IMG/VR virus record: IMGVR_UViG_3300023174_000042 | Location: 62,001 to 126,000 of that record | Direction: 5' to 3' (one strand) | DNA: 64,000 nt | Translations under genes and position numbers: made by a program | Part shown: positions 8,544-18,420 of the stretch, piece by piece | Numbering within the stretch: the stretch's first letter is position 1 | Layout of the letters: every line of letters begins with the position of its first letter | Notes under the pieces: generated by a model | What the model saw: the letters and a program-made list of their open reading frames with translations, nothing else | Told to the model about the DNA's origin: nothing | The model's database searches: none

Positions 8544-10730
8544 TTAAGAACACGAAACACAAGATATGTCAAAATCAATAATTAGATTTACAGTTATCTG
8601 TGTATCTTGTAAGGGGTTTATAGGTTCAATTTTACACCCTTTTGGTATGTCTTCGCAGGTTGTTTTGATTGTAATTCTATTTGAAATAATATCAACTGTT
8701 GTTCCTGATATTCCCAAAAAAGAATCTAATGTATTTGAAATTGTTTGTGCCCAAAGCGAATCACTAGGGTAATCTGTCGCTCCAGTTGAGACAAAAAATT
8801 GGGTTTGAGCAGACTGCGACCCAACTTGTGCAAATATTGAAAAAGTTGCTTCATTTATAATACAATTTGTATCTCCACTTGTAAGATCAGAAAATCCTTC
8901 CAAATACATAGATCTTATGTCTCTTTTGGTTATACTTCCACTATCTTTAAAAGTATTTTCACAAATATTATAATATCTGTAGTCGCTATATTTTTTTGTC
9001 CCTGACAATTTAATACTTTTAGTTAACGTGCAACCACTAGCATCCGTTATGGTTAATGAATATTTTCCAGAGGTTAAACCTGTTATTGTAGATCCTGTTT
9101 GTCCTGAAACACTTCCACTCCAACTTAAAGTAAATGGTGGTTCACCCGATGTAATAATTGTTGTTATTGACCCGTCATTTCCGTTAAAAGGCTGATTGGG
9201 GTAAAGGTTAAAAAATACGCTTTGACTATAATTAATGTAAACTGGAAAAGATTGAATACAAGCCGGAGATCCTGAGTCCTGCACGGTAAGAACATAATTT
9301 CCATATTTAAGATTTGTAAATGTTCCAATCGGTGTGGTTAATGAAACGGGCGCGTAAGATGGTCCAACTAACGTAAATAAATAAGGTAATGTCCCTCCAG
9401 TTGACACTAAAACTTGTAATACCCCATTACTAGACCCACAAGTCGTTCCTGTTGTTGATGCGGTTACAGTAAATAAGTTAACAGAAGTTATATTTGTAGT
9501 TGCGGTATAAACGCAACCTATTGTTTCTACTGAAATTAAATAAGTTCCGTTTGGTAATCCGTAGAACGTTTGACTTGGGTTTCCTAATGTTCCAATTTGT
9601 TGCGTTCCTGTTGATCCTGATACCGATATCAACAAACTTGGTTCAGTAGCAAGACCATTATCAATAATTACTTGAATTGTTCCATCGTTTGCAGAACAAT
9701 TTGATGGTGTTGTGTTAATCGCAACGGTGCTAAAAGAATTTGGAGTTATCAAAGAAACAGAATCATAAATTGTGCAAAGTCCTGAATCGGTAACCAAAAA
9801 ACTATATCCTCCAGACGAAAGTCCAGTGAAAATAACCGATTGGTTAAAAGTTATATCAACTTGACCTGATGATCCGCTAAAAAAATACGGAGCAGTTCCT
9901 CCTGTTATTATAAATTCAACAACTCCGTCATTAGAAAAACAAGTTGGTTGAGATATTGTAATGAATCCAGCGGAAGTTAATGCTCCCACAGAATTTACAG
10001 TAAATGAATTTGTTGTTGTGCAATTATTAGGATCTGTTATGGTTGCCAAATAAACGCCACTTGTTAATCCTGTTACGGTTGTTCCTGTTTGTGATCCAAC
10101 ATTCGGAGACCAAGTTATTGTATATGCCGATACGGGTAGTGTTAATCCTGTTATAAATATTTTTCCACTTGGGGTCCCTATACAACTTCCGTCGTCAACA
10201 ACGTATGCTCCAAATGTTAGTCCCGTTGATGGAGTTAAAATAACAGATGCTGTAATTCCTGTGCAACCCCCTCCGTCATTAGCAACAATATAATATGTTC
10301 CTGCCGATAAACTTGTAAAAGTATAATTTGAGTTTGGTGTTGTTGCAGAACTTATATAGTTATCGTCCCCATCGTAAAGTGTAAATGTTGCCGTGCCATA
10401 AACTCCTGATGTAAATCCTGTAACTTCACCATTATCTAAACCACAACTTGTATTTAATGAATCAATAGTGGCGGTTGTTCCTGATGATATATAAACGGAT
10501 TGTAAATAAGAATTAGAAGCACCATCAACAATTTGTAAGAAATAAGTTCCTGCAGATAAACTTGTTGCCGAATAACTTAAAGTGGCCGCTGATGTTGGTA
10601 ATGGACATCCAGAAGTAATACAAGTAATTGCAAATGGGGGTGTAGATCCTGTAATATTAAAAGACACACTCCCTGAATTTGTATTACTACAATCTCCAGT
10701 TACGTTTAGGTTATATATTGATATACTCAT
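8544..10730 (-). CDS. SprB-repeat adhesin-like structural protein (about 7 repeats)
   Basis: Repeated C-x3-(D/N)G.I....GG..PY..W.....TGL..G.Y...(V/I)TD..GC units, e.g. DGSITTIITSGEPPFTLSWSG...TGLTSGKYSLTITDASGC. Confidence 0.8.
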   Translation of the reverse strand: MSISIYNLNVTGDCSNTNSGSVSFNITGSTPPFAITCITSGCPLPTSAATLSYSATSLSAGTYFLQIVDGASNSYLQSVYISSGTTATIDSLNTSCGLDNGEVTGFTSGVYGTATFTLYDGDDNYISSATTPNSNYTFTSLSAGTYYIVANDGGGCTGITASVILTPSTGLTFGAYVVDDGSCIGTPSGKIFITGLTLPVSAYTITWSPNVGSQTGTTVTGLTSGVYLATITDPNNCTTTNSFTVNSVGALTSAGFITISQPTCFSNDGVVEFIITGGTAPYFFSGSSGQVDITFNQSVIFTGLSSGGYSFLVTDSGLCTIYDSVSLITPNSFSTVAINTTPSNCSANDGTIQVIIDNGLATEPSLLISVSGSTGTQQIGTLGNPSQTFYGLPNGTYLISVETIGCVYTATTNITSVNLFTVTASTTGTTCGSSNGVLQVLVSTGGTLPYLFTLVGPSYAPVSLTTPIGTFTNLKYGNYVLTVQDSGSPACIQSFPVYINYSQSVFFNLYPNQPFNGNDGSITTIITSGEPPFTLSWSGSVSGQTGSTITGLTSGKYSLTITDASGCTLTKSIKLSGTKKYSDYRYYNICENTFKDSGSITKRDIRSMYLEGFSDLTSGDTNCIINEATFSIFAQVGSQSAQTQFFVSTGATDYPSDSLWAQTISNTLDSFLGISGTTVDIISNRITIKTTCEDIPKGCKIEPINPLQDTQITVNLIIDFDISCVSCS

Positions 10731-13717
10731 TATCCGTTACAATATACCTCAAAGTTTATTCCAATATTAATTTGGAGTTCGTCAAAATTTGGTTGACAAT
10801 TATTGTTGAAAACAACAACTTCTTGGTTTGTTTCATCAATATTATAACTATACCCTTCTAGTTGTAAACCATCTAATGCTTCAGACAAAGCCGTAACCCA
10901 TTGTGTGTTATTTGGAAGACCATTTGTTCCAATACCTTCAAAGAACCCATATTGTGTTAGAATAGCACCATTTACTCTTATATCAACATACCAATCACTT
11001 ACTATCGTATTGATTTGACAATTATTAGGATCTAAACCTTGTGATGTAAAGAAATCCAACATGGTTATACCCAAAACGGCCCCAAACGAAGGTGTATTAG
11101 GGTCTGTCGTCCATGGATATAATCCACAAGTAACTTTTTGAACCGGACAATCCAAAACATATAGTTGGGTTGTAAGATTACAAGGTTTACAAGGGATTGG
11201 TAAAAACTTACAACCTTCTTGTCTTCTCCACACAAATTTTTGTCTATGAAATATTGAATTTTCTAATCTTGTTCCTGTGTTCCAAATTGTGGTTGCCGGA
11301 ACCATCTGTTCAATCATTTGAATCCAATAATCGCCCATCCCATTTACATAATCAATCATAGTCTGATATGTAAAGTTGTCGTTTGGAACTCCTGCCAATT
11401 TTTGTGATTCTAAATATCTCCAATATATTGATTGTAATGTTGGGTAACCTCCAGTTTTTCCATCAGTAATAAATTGACGATTTCTTGTATTTATCATATT
11501 TCGCCAAAAAGTTTGAGCGAATTCAAAAAAAGTTTTTTGTTTTGGTTTTGGAACTATTGTTGTCCAATCAACACCTCCCAATTTTGGATATGGGTTTGGG
11601 ACATAACACGGAGAAGGTGGTTGATAAAATAATCCTTGTTCTGGAATTGGGAAATTATATTTGTTTGACATATACCAAACATCGTAGGCCAATCCTTGAG
11701 CCGGATTCATCATTATGTCAACATTTTTAACATTCAATACCAAACATTCTTCTCCAACATTATAATATGAATTAAAACCACCATCAAAACTTGTTCTTAA
11801 AGTTGGATTTGTGTCTACCCAACTTTTTTTGTTATCAATAACATCTCTCAATTTGAATCCAAGATTCATATATGGAAAATGTCTATAAACTTGTAAATAT
11901 TCTTCACCGTAGTTAAAAGGTAAAAGTTGTGTTTGATAATTTGGGTTATTTCCTGTGAACACAGCATTTGTTGGGACCGCAAACTCAGGCATTCTATGTT
12001 GTGGTGTGGATTCAAACCATCCGCCACCTATTTGAAAAAAGTATGATTCTGTGGGTGTTGGCATTTGTGGGCAACCAAATTCATCCACGGGATAGTCCGA
12101 TCTTGTTGTTAAAACATTTGTGTTTGTTGCGGTTGTTGTGAATCCTGTATATGAAACTCCTTGAATTGAATAAACGTTTGTTGTTTCTAAAACAGGAGTT
12201 TGTGTTAAAATTGTTCCTGTGCTAATTTGAGCATATTGTTGGTTAAACTCGCTCATATTTATTCTTTGATCGGCAACATAAACGTATTCGTTAAATTCGG
12301 TTATTGCTTCAGGGGCTCCGATCATTCTTAATAAACATTCAATAGATTTTCTTGTCCCTTTTGATTTGAAAAGGTAGGCAGAATTAAGAATTAAATTTCT
12401 ATAAAACTGATAATTTATTTCTTCTGGTGTTTGTCCTATTTGAAGTCCAGGAAAAGTATTTGGTTGTGTTGTAAAAACTGCTTTTAACAATTCTTCATTA
12501 GATATTGGCGAAAAATTTGTAACCCATCCAAGTGTTTGTGCCAAGTTTTTTAATAATTGCGAAGGAATATCGTTTTGAATTGTATAGTGAATACTATTAA
12601 TATTTCCTAAAGCACTTATAAATGTTTTAGTCTCATCAAAACTTCTTCCGTATATTTGAAGTAATTTTTCAAATTTTTGGTCGGGAGTGTCAAATTCTTT
12701 TAATGCTCCTGTTGTTAAAAATCTTGATACAATATTTGTAGTGTATTGATCAAGATTGTAGGCAAAGTCATTAATTTTGGTTAAATAATTGTCAAAAGAA
12801 ACTGATCTAATATCTAAATTCCAAAATCCTGCCCTAGGCCAAGTTGCAGTCTCGTTAGTTAAAATAAAAGTCCCATTTTCTTGTTCTACAGGCACGGTAA
12901 ACGTTGCGGTATAAGCCGGAGTAATTTGTCTATTCAACAAAAAGTTTTCAACCGCATCAAAATCTAAATTAAAAACTTTGTTTGTTTCATAATCACTTGG
13001 TCTAATAACTAAATAATCATAAGAAATTTGATTTCCACTAAACGGATTTCCGTCAACAATAAGTTTCAAGGTTGTTGATGAACTATCTGTTGGGAATAAA
13101 TAATTTACAGGATATTGATTTCCGTTTATATATAAAACATACTTTTTATATTGTAGTTTCATATTTCTCAACGGAGAAACTTCCATTTCATTGAACATCA
13201 TGTTTATTTCTGAATTGATTGAATAATCAATTTCAAATGGGTTTTGAATCGATGATATATAAACCTCAAATGTTGTATCGTTTTCTACAGAATCGTATGA
13301 AATGTTGATTGCGGTTTCTTGTGTTATAAATTTTGGAGTTTTTGGTGGAACTTCTAATCCCGCGGGAAAAAAATTAATAATCTTAGTAACGGAGGTCGAT
13401 AATCTTTTTACTAAAGATCCATATTGTGTAAAATTTGTGACTTGTGATAAGTCGTAATTTGGATAAACCCTATAATTGTTGGCCAGAATTTCTGCAGACT
13501 CAATGTTGCTTTCCATATTCATGGTTTGCAAATTGATCGGGTCAGAAAAAGTTCCGATTGTAAAAGTTCGATTTTGTTTTTCTGAAATACCTGTTGTAAA
13601 ATTAAAATTTGCTTGCGTTAAACCACCACCGGTAACCAATTGAACTCCAACTAAATCGTTGGAAAATTGATTTGCCGCACTACTTTGGGGTGGACAAGTA
13701 AATTTATTTGTTGCCAT
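10730..13717 (-). CDS. Baseplate wedge subunit, T4 gp7/P2 gpI-like, enlarged (995 aa)
   Basis: LLKNLAQTLGW...YRNLILNSAYLFKSKGTRKSIECLLRMIG matches the gpI/gp7 wedge signature; TAATG stop-start coupling on both sides. Confidence 0.6.
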   Translation of the reverse strand: MATNKFTCPPQSSAANQFSNDLVGVQLVTGGGLTQANFNFTTGISEKQNRTFTIGTFSDPINLQTMNMESNIESAEILANNYRVYPNYDLSQVTNFTQYGSLVKRLSTSVTKIINFFPAGLEVPPKTPKFITQETAINISYDSVENDTTFEVYISSIQNPFEIDYSINSEINMMFNEMEVSPLRNMKLQYKKYVLYINGNQYPVNYLFPTDSSSTTLKLIVDGNPFSGNQISYDYLVIRPSDYETNKVFNLDFDAVENFLLNRQITPAYTATFTVPVEQENGTFILTNETATWPRAGFWNLDIRSVSFDNYLTKINDFAYNLDQYTTNIVSRFLTTGALKEFDTPDQKFEKLLQIYGRSFDETKTFISALGNINSIHYTIQNDIPSQLLKNLAQTLGWVTNFSPISNEELLKAVFTTQPNTFPGLQIGQTPEEINYQFYRNLILNSAYLFKSKGTRKSIECLLRMIGAPEAITEFNEYVYVADQRINMSEFNQQYAQISTGTILTQTPVLETTNVYSIQGVSYTGFTTTATNTNVLTTRSDYPVDEFGCPQMPTPTESYFFQIGGGWFESTPQHRMPEFAVPTNAVFTGNNPNYQTQLLPFNYGEEYLQVYRHFPYMNLGFKLRDVIDNKKSWVDTNPTLRTSFDGGFNSYYNVGEECLVLNVKNVDIMMNPAQGLAYDVWYMSNKYNFPIPEQGLFYQPPSPCYVPNPYPKLGGVDWTTIVPKPKQKTFFEFAQTFWRNMINTRNRQFITDGKTGGYPTLQSIYWRYLESQKLAGVPNDNFTYQTMIDYVNGMGDYWIQMIEQMVPATTIWNTGTRLENSIFHRQKFVWRRQEGCKFLPIPCKPCNLTTQLYVLDCPVQKVTCGLYPWTTDPNTPSFGAVLGITMLDFFTSQGLDPNNCQINTIVSDWYVDIRVNGAILTQYGFFEGIGTNGLPNNTQWVTALSEALDGLQLEGYSYNIDETNQEVVVFNNNCQPNFDELQINIGINFEVYCNG

Positions 13718-14622
13718 TAAGCCGTTATATTATTAAATGCCTTTGAAAAATCAATATTCTCACCACGATCTTGTCTAACTTCATAAAGAAGAGCGTTAAA
13801 CTGATCTTTAATTTCATACAAGTTGTATTGTTTGTATATATTGTTATTAGAATCGTAAATGGTGTAAATACCATCCTCAATAGATTTAGTTTGGTTTCCG
13901 TAAAGAGCAATTGCAAGTGTCGAAATATCTTGGTCAACAATTTCAATTTCTGTGCTTATTGGATTAAAATAAGTATTAGTTATAATAATACTTTGATTTG
14001 GTTGTCCAATATAGGGGGTCGCACTTGGTTTGTTAGTTGGTGATGATGAAGGAGACAATGTGCAAAACAACAAGTTAGTTGCTCCTTCAACATACTTATA
14101 TCTAATAGATTTTTGAATTGTGTTTGTAAGGTTTTGAACCACAGGTTCGCAATAAAAAGATGATGTAATAATTCTAAAAAAGTTTGGTATTTTTGTTCCG
14201 TCAGGATTTAAATATTCAACTCTAAATCCAACTAATCCTTGATTTACAAATTTATTTCGACTTTGTGCCGGAACATTATTCAAATCAATTACAATTCCTT
14301 TAACATTTGGTAATGCCGATAAGACACCACAATCAGTAATTATTGTTCTAATTTCCGCTGGTCGAATCATTAGAGTATAGATTCCCAATTTGTTAAATTG
14401 ATCTGCCGGTAATTTTAGATTATACAAACCACCAAGTATTTCTACCGAACTTCCTCCCGTGGCATTATTATTAAAATAAGGTCTAAGAACGTCTTGTGCG
14501 TTCAAAGTTGTTAAGGTAAAATTTTGTGTGTCGTCTCTCGATTGAGTGTAAACCAATACGATTTGAACATCTTCAGGGCTAACATCTGAAGGTCTTATTG
14601 TGCCATAATTGCCAGTTGCCAT
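13717..14622 (-). CDS. Hypothetical structural protein (301 aa)
   Basis: Long ORF in the baseplate operon preceded by TATTTAT motif (14642-14648); no recognised family. Confidence 0.6.
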   Translation of the reverse strand: MATGNYGTIRPSDVSPEDVQIVLVYTQSRDDTQNFTLTTLNAQDVLRPYFNNNATGGSSVEILGGLYNLKLPADQFNKLGIYTLMIRPAEIRTIITDCGVLSALPNVKGIVIDLNNVPAQSRNKFVNQGLVGFRVEYLNPDGTKIPNFFRIITSSFYCEPVVQNLTNTIQKSIRYKYVEGATNLLFCTLSPSSSPTNKPSATPYIGQPNQSIIITNTYFNPISTEIEIVDQDISTLAIALYGNQTKSIEDGIYTIYDSNNNIYKQYNLYEIKDQFNALLYEVRQDRGENIDFSKAFNNITA

Positions 14623-14649
14623 TTTTTTATATTACTTTTTTATAAATAG

Positions 14650-15825
14650 TTATGTTGATACTTTTTCTATTGTAAAATATTTGTATCCATATTTTTCTAA
14701 ATCACCCATGTTATCAACTTCACCAAGTCTCATAACATTTTCCAATGGGGCATACTTCCCCCTTTCAATATAAACATTAGTTATAATTTCTGGTTGGTCA
14801 ATAACATTTAACAAAGCCTCATTTTTTGTTAGTGCGGTTAACACTAAATCATCAGGAACTAATCCATACGAATCTGTAAAATATATTGTAAAATCTTCAT
14901 AATCGTGATAAATCGTTCCGTTCATAGTGTAAGCACTAAAAGTTCCTGTTGGGTCAACTCCATAGTAAGTTCCAATACCTCCTGTAGTTCCTGTTACTTG
15001 AACTCCTAATTTGTATTTCCCTCCTGCCAAATTAATTTTTGGTCCAAATTGTGCCAGATCATTTAATGTTGATTCTGTATAACCTGTAATTGGAAAAGGA
15101 ACTGAAGTATAGTTGTATGAATAATAGTCATTAATGTTTGTATTTGAATCTCCCGTAAAGATGTAGTCATAACTTATTGGGTTAGCAGACCACGATCCGC
15201 CCGCAGGATAGAATGTAATTGATCCTTGTGGATTTGGTATTGTGGCCGCACTATATGGTGTTAATACAGGTTTTTGAACTTTTGATATTCCCCAAGGCGA
15301 ATTGGCCGTTAAAGTTATTGTGTAGTTGTTATTTGCCGTAGAATAAGTATGTGAAATAGGTGTTATTCCCAAAACCGCCTGTGGTGGTGACCCATCACCC
15401 CAATCTAAGACATATGTTACAAGTTGTAAAAACTTAATAAACTCCAAATCTGATGTATTATAAAATGTATAGGTATAGGGATTTATTGTGTTTGCTGTAA
15501 CAATAAAATTATTTAACACATCGGCCTGTAATACTAAACCATCAAAGGGTGTATAATAACCAAAATCAACAGCGGATTCTGTAATCATTATATTAACCGA
15601 TAACCCTGTTAAAAACGAAGTTCCACCTGTATTTCCACTTAATACATAAGACATTGGAAGATAAACTCCGGTTGTTCCTGTTGTGGTTGCGCTAACAGTG
15701 GTTGCAGTTAAACAACATGGATCAATAATTGTTGTAATATCAGTATTTCCTGTATAATTAACAAAAATAAGATCACTTTTTATATTTTCGGGTGAAACAA
15801 TAAATTTATATTCTTGTAATTCCAT
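14650..15825 (-). CDS. PKD-like domain structural protein
   Basis: VLDWGDGS...ISHTYST...YTITLTA is the PKD signature; many (S/T)G-x-T motifs. Confidence 0.65.
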   Translation of the reverse strand: MELQEYKFIVSPENIKSDLIFVNYTGNTDITTIIDPCCLTATTVSATTTGTTGVYLPMSYVLSGNTGGTSFLTGLSVNIMITESAVDFGYYTPFDGLVLQADVLNNFIVTANTINPYTYTFYNTSDLEFIKFLQLVTYVLDWGDGSPPQAVLGITPISHTYSTANNNYTITLTANSPWGISKVQKPVLTPYSAATIPNPQGSITFYPAGGSWSANPISYDYIFTGDSNTNINDYYSYNYTSVPFPITGYTESTLNDLAQFGPKINLAGGKYKLGVQVTGTTGGIGTYYGVDPTGTFSAYTMNGTIYHDYEDFTIYFTDSYGLVPDDLVLTALTKNEALLNVIDQPEIITNVYIERGKYAPLENVMRLGEVDNMGDLEKYGYKYFTIEKVST

Positions 15826-16631
15826 TATGGGTTAACATATTCATACCAGATAATCGGTGAAATCGCATCTCCAACCCTTAAAGTTGTTGATGTTGAAAAC
15901 ACTTCGTAAGTTTTGTTGTTATAATCCAAGTCCACCTTATAATAAAAATAGTCCGCATTATTAAATTGAAATTTATTTGGTGTAATTAAATCTTGTCTTG
16001 TGTTTGTCATTTGTTTAAAAACACCCAATCTTCCATCAAAAAACTTTGCGGTCATATAAAATGTTGAGATATCAATAAAATTTCTACTTCTTAACCAATA
16101 AATAAAAAATCCTTCCTTATCGTTTCCAATATAATCTAAGACCATTTTTGGTTTTTTAATTTCAACTGGAGGAATTTGGGGCGATAAAACTGCGGTTTGC
16201 GTAAGTCCTTGTTGAACGGGAAGTATGACCGATAAATAAATTTGTTGTGTTTTTTCTTCTGTTGTATTGTAAAAATCCAATTTGAAAAAGGACTTTGTGA
16301 AAGGTTTTGAAAAATAATAAATGTCTTGAACCGAAAAATTGTTATTCAAATATGTTGATGACCAATTTCCAACAGTGTTTGCTGTTATTGGTTGCGAATC
16401 GTCATAAAAGTTAAATTCATAATTTATCGCAGAATCTTGATTGTAAAATACGTTATGGGCAAATCTTGCGATTTCAAAATCTGGAGCAATTCCTGTGACT
16501 TGTTTAATGGCATCAACCTCATATTCCGAAATACTTTCGTCTCGACCCATAAAATCCCATTGCATGTTAATTGGTATATTAACAAACTTATTTATGTCGT
16601 CTTTTACTATTTTAATTCTATTCGCATTCAT
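15825..16631 (-). CDS. Hypothetical structural protein (268 aa)
   Basis: ORF translationally coupled to both neighbours in the tail operon. Confidence 0.6.
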   Translation of the reverse strand: MNANRIKIVKDDINKFVNIPINMQWDFMGRDESISEYEVDAIKQVTGIAPDFEIARFAHNVFYNQDSAINYEFNFYDDSQPITANTVGNWSSTYLNNNFSVQDIYYFSKPFTKSFFKLDFYNTTEEKTQQIYLSVILPVQQGLTQTAVLSPQIPPVEIKKPKMVLDYIGNDKEGFFIYWLRSRNFIDISTFYMTAKFFDGRLGVFKQMTNTRQDLITPNKFQFNNADYFYYKVDLDYNNKTYEVFSTSTTLRVGDAISPIIWYEYVNP

Positions 16632-18420
16632 CGGCCGCTGGATCTGCTATCGTTGTTATGTTTATAGGAACCGCTCCCGTTTGAGCATAATCGCTTGGTA
16701 TATTGTAATTTTCTGGTGTAACTCTAAATATTGTGTTTGTAAACGGATAATGGGAATCATTTAAAAAAGGAAAATCAACACCAACTCCATCGGTGTCAAT
16801 AAACCCATAAGGATATAAATCTCTCCATCTAAAAAGAGCGTTCATTGTGGAATAATATGCGTAATCAGGTATTCCCACAACATTTATTGAACTTCCTTCT
16901 TCTATGTAATCAGAAAAAGCTCTAATTTGAATTGGGCTATGTGGTTGATAAAAATAACCATATTGATTGTTTGGTGTTAAAGTTGTTGCTGATAAACTAA
17001 ACCAATTTTCATTGTATGTTATTTTATGTTGATATAAGGAAATTACCCTTTCTAATTGCTCAAAGTTATTCCACTCACAATAGTCTCCGTCTATTGTATC
17101 TCCTGTGTTTAATAGTTCGTTATAAAAAAATGGTCCTTGATTTGTTAAAGAAGTATATTGATTTTGAATTATGCTTGTATTAGAATCAGGATTATTTTGA
17201 TCCCACCAAATTTGTGGTTTTGTTTGATCTAAATATGTATTAAAATACCAACCTTGTTTTAATTTTTGTGTCCAACCAAAATAACCTCTCCAAACTGTTG
17301 TAAAAAATAATTCACTAACGGGTCTGTTTTCGTTATCCAATAAATCAAGAATATCAACATCACAATTAAAAGATAAAGTATATGATCTTGCACCTTCTTT
17401 AACAGATGTCCTACGTGTTTGATTTGGTGTTAATGACTTTATTTCACACTTAGTTTTATTGTTATAGATATTTTGTTCGAATCCCGCATTTACCAAAACC
17501 GCACATTCGGGTTTAGTTAATATTTTATGTTTTCTAACATAATATTTACTAATCGTATCGGCAGAATTTGCCAAATTTATAACCCTTTTGAAAGTTCCTT
17601 GTGTTAAGGTTAAAAATGTGTTTCCTGTATAACCAACATTTCTAATATTAAAGATGTATTCATCTGACCCCGATGAAGGGTCACCCAAACTTGTTACCTG
17701 AAAAAATTGATTTCCATTGTAGTTGGTCGATAATTGAACAAATTCTCCAACAGATAAACCATGCATAACTGGGCATTTAAAACTTATAATTCTTGTTGTT
17801 TGATCGCTTCCAACTATCACAAAATATGGAAGTCCGTCTGAAGCAACCCAATTCCAAGAAATATTTGTATTTGGTTGAACTGTATAAAGATTTTTGTTAT
17901 AATCATTTTGATATACATAACTTATGTAATGGGACCAGTTGTATGTTGTTGCGCTAACGGATTTGAAATCTAAGTGTCTTCCGTTTCCGATTGTATACCC
18001 CAATACGTCAAAATCAGTTCTTATAAAATCAAATTCGGGATATTGGGGAAATCCATCCCAAGCCGCGTTTTGATTTGTTGGTTGTGGTGGGACTGATGGA
18101 TTATTTCCAGAAGGGTAATAGGAAATTGCGTTTGCTACCGCATTTGTGTAATATAAATTATCTCTAAACGGAGGATAAATCGTAGATCCTGTATAAGCAT
18201 TTTCAAATATAACGGTATATTTGGTTACAGGTCTAAATATTGTAGATTGTTGTCTTTCATCATCAAAAACTGTAACCAAGTTTAAATCAACACTTCTATC
18301 AAATTCAATAATTTCTTTATTACTTTGAGCAAAAGGAACATTAATAAACTGATCTGTTTTTGGGGCTCCTTTATATCTTTGAGTTGATAAAATAATATTT
18401 GTTGTTGGGTCTACTATCAT
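16618..18420 (-). CDS. Hypothetical structural protein (600 aa)
   Basis: ORF with ATGA overlap to the upstream gene; aromatic and beta-rich composition. Confidence 0.6.
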   Translation of the reverse strand: MIVDPTTNIILSTQRYKGAPKTDQFINVPFAQSNKEIIEFDRSVDLNLVTVFDDERQQSTIFRPVTKYTVIFENAYTGSTIYPPFRDNLYYTNAVANAISYYPSGNNPSVPPQPTNQNAAWDGFPQYPEFDFIRTDFDVLGYTIGNGRHLDFKSVSATTYNWSHYISYVYQNDYNKNLYTVQPNTNISWNWVASDGLPYFVIVGSDQTTRIISFKCPVMHGLSVGEFVQLSTNYNGNQFFQVTSLGDPSSGSDEYIFNIRNVGYTGNTFLTLTQGTFKRVINLANSADTISKYYVRKHKILTKPECAVLVNAGFEQNIYNNKTKCEIKSLTPNQTRRTSVKEGARSYTLSFNCDVDILDLLDNENRPVSELFFTTVWRGYFGWTQKLKQGWYFNTYLDQTKPQIWWDQNNPDSNTSIIQNQYTSLTNQGPFFYNELLNTGDTIDGDYCEWNNFEQLERVISLYQHKITYNENWFSLSATTLTPNNQYGYFYQPHSPIQIRAFSDYIEEGSSINVVGIPDYAYYSTMNALFRWRDLYPYGFIDTDGVGVDFPFLNDSHYPFTNTIFRVTPENYNIPSDYAQTGAVPINITTIADPAADECE

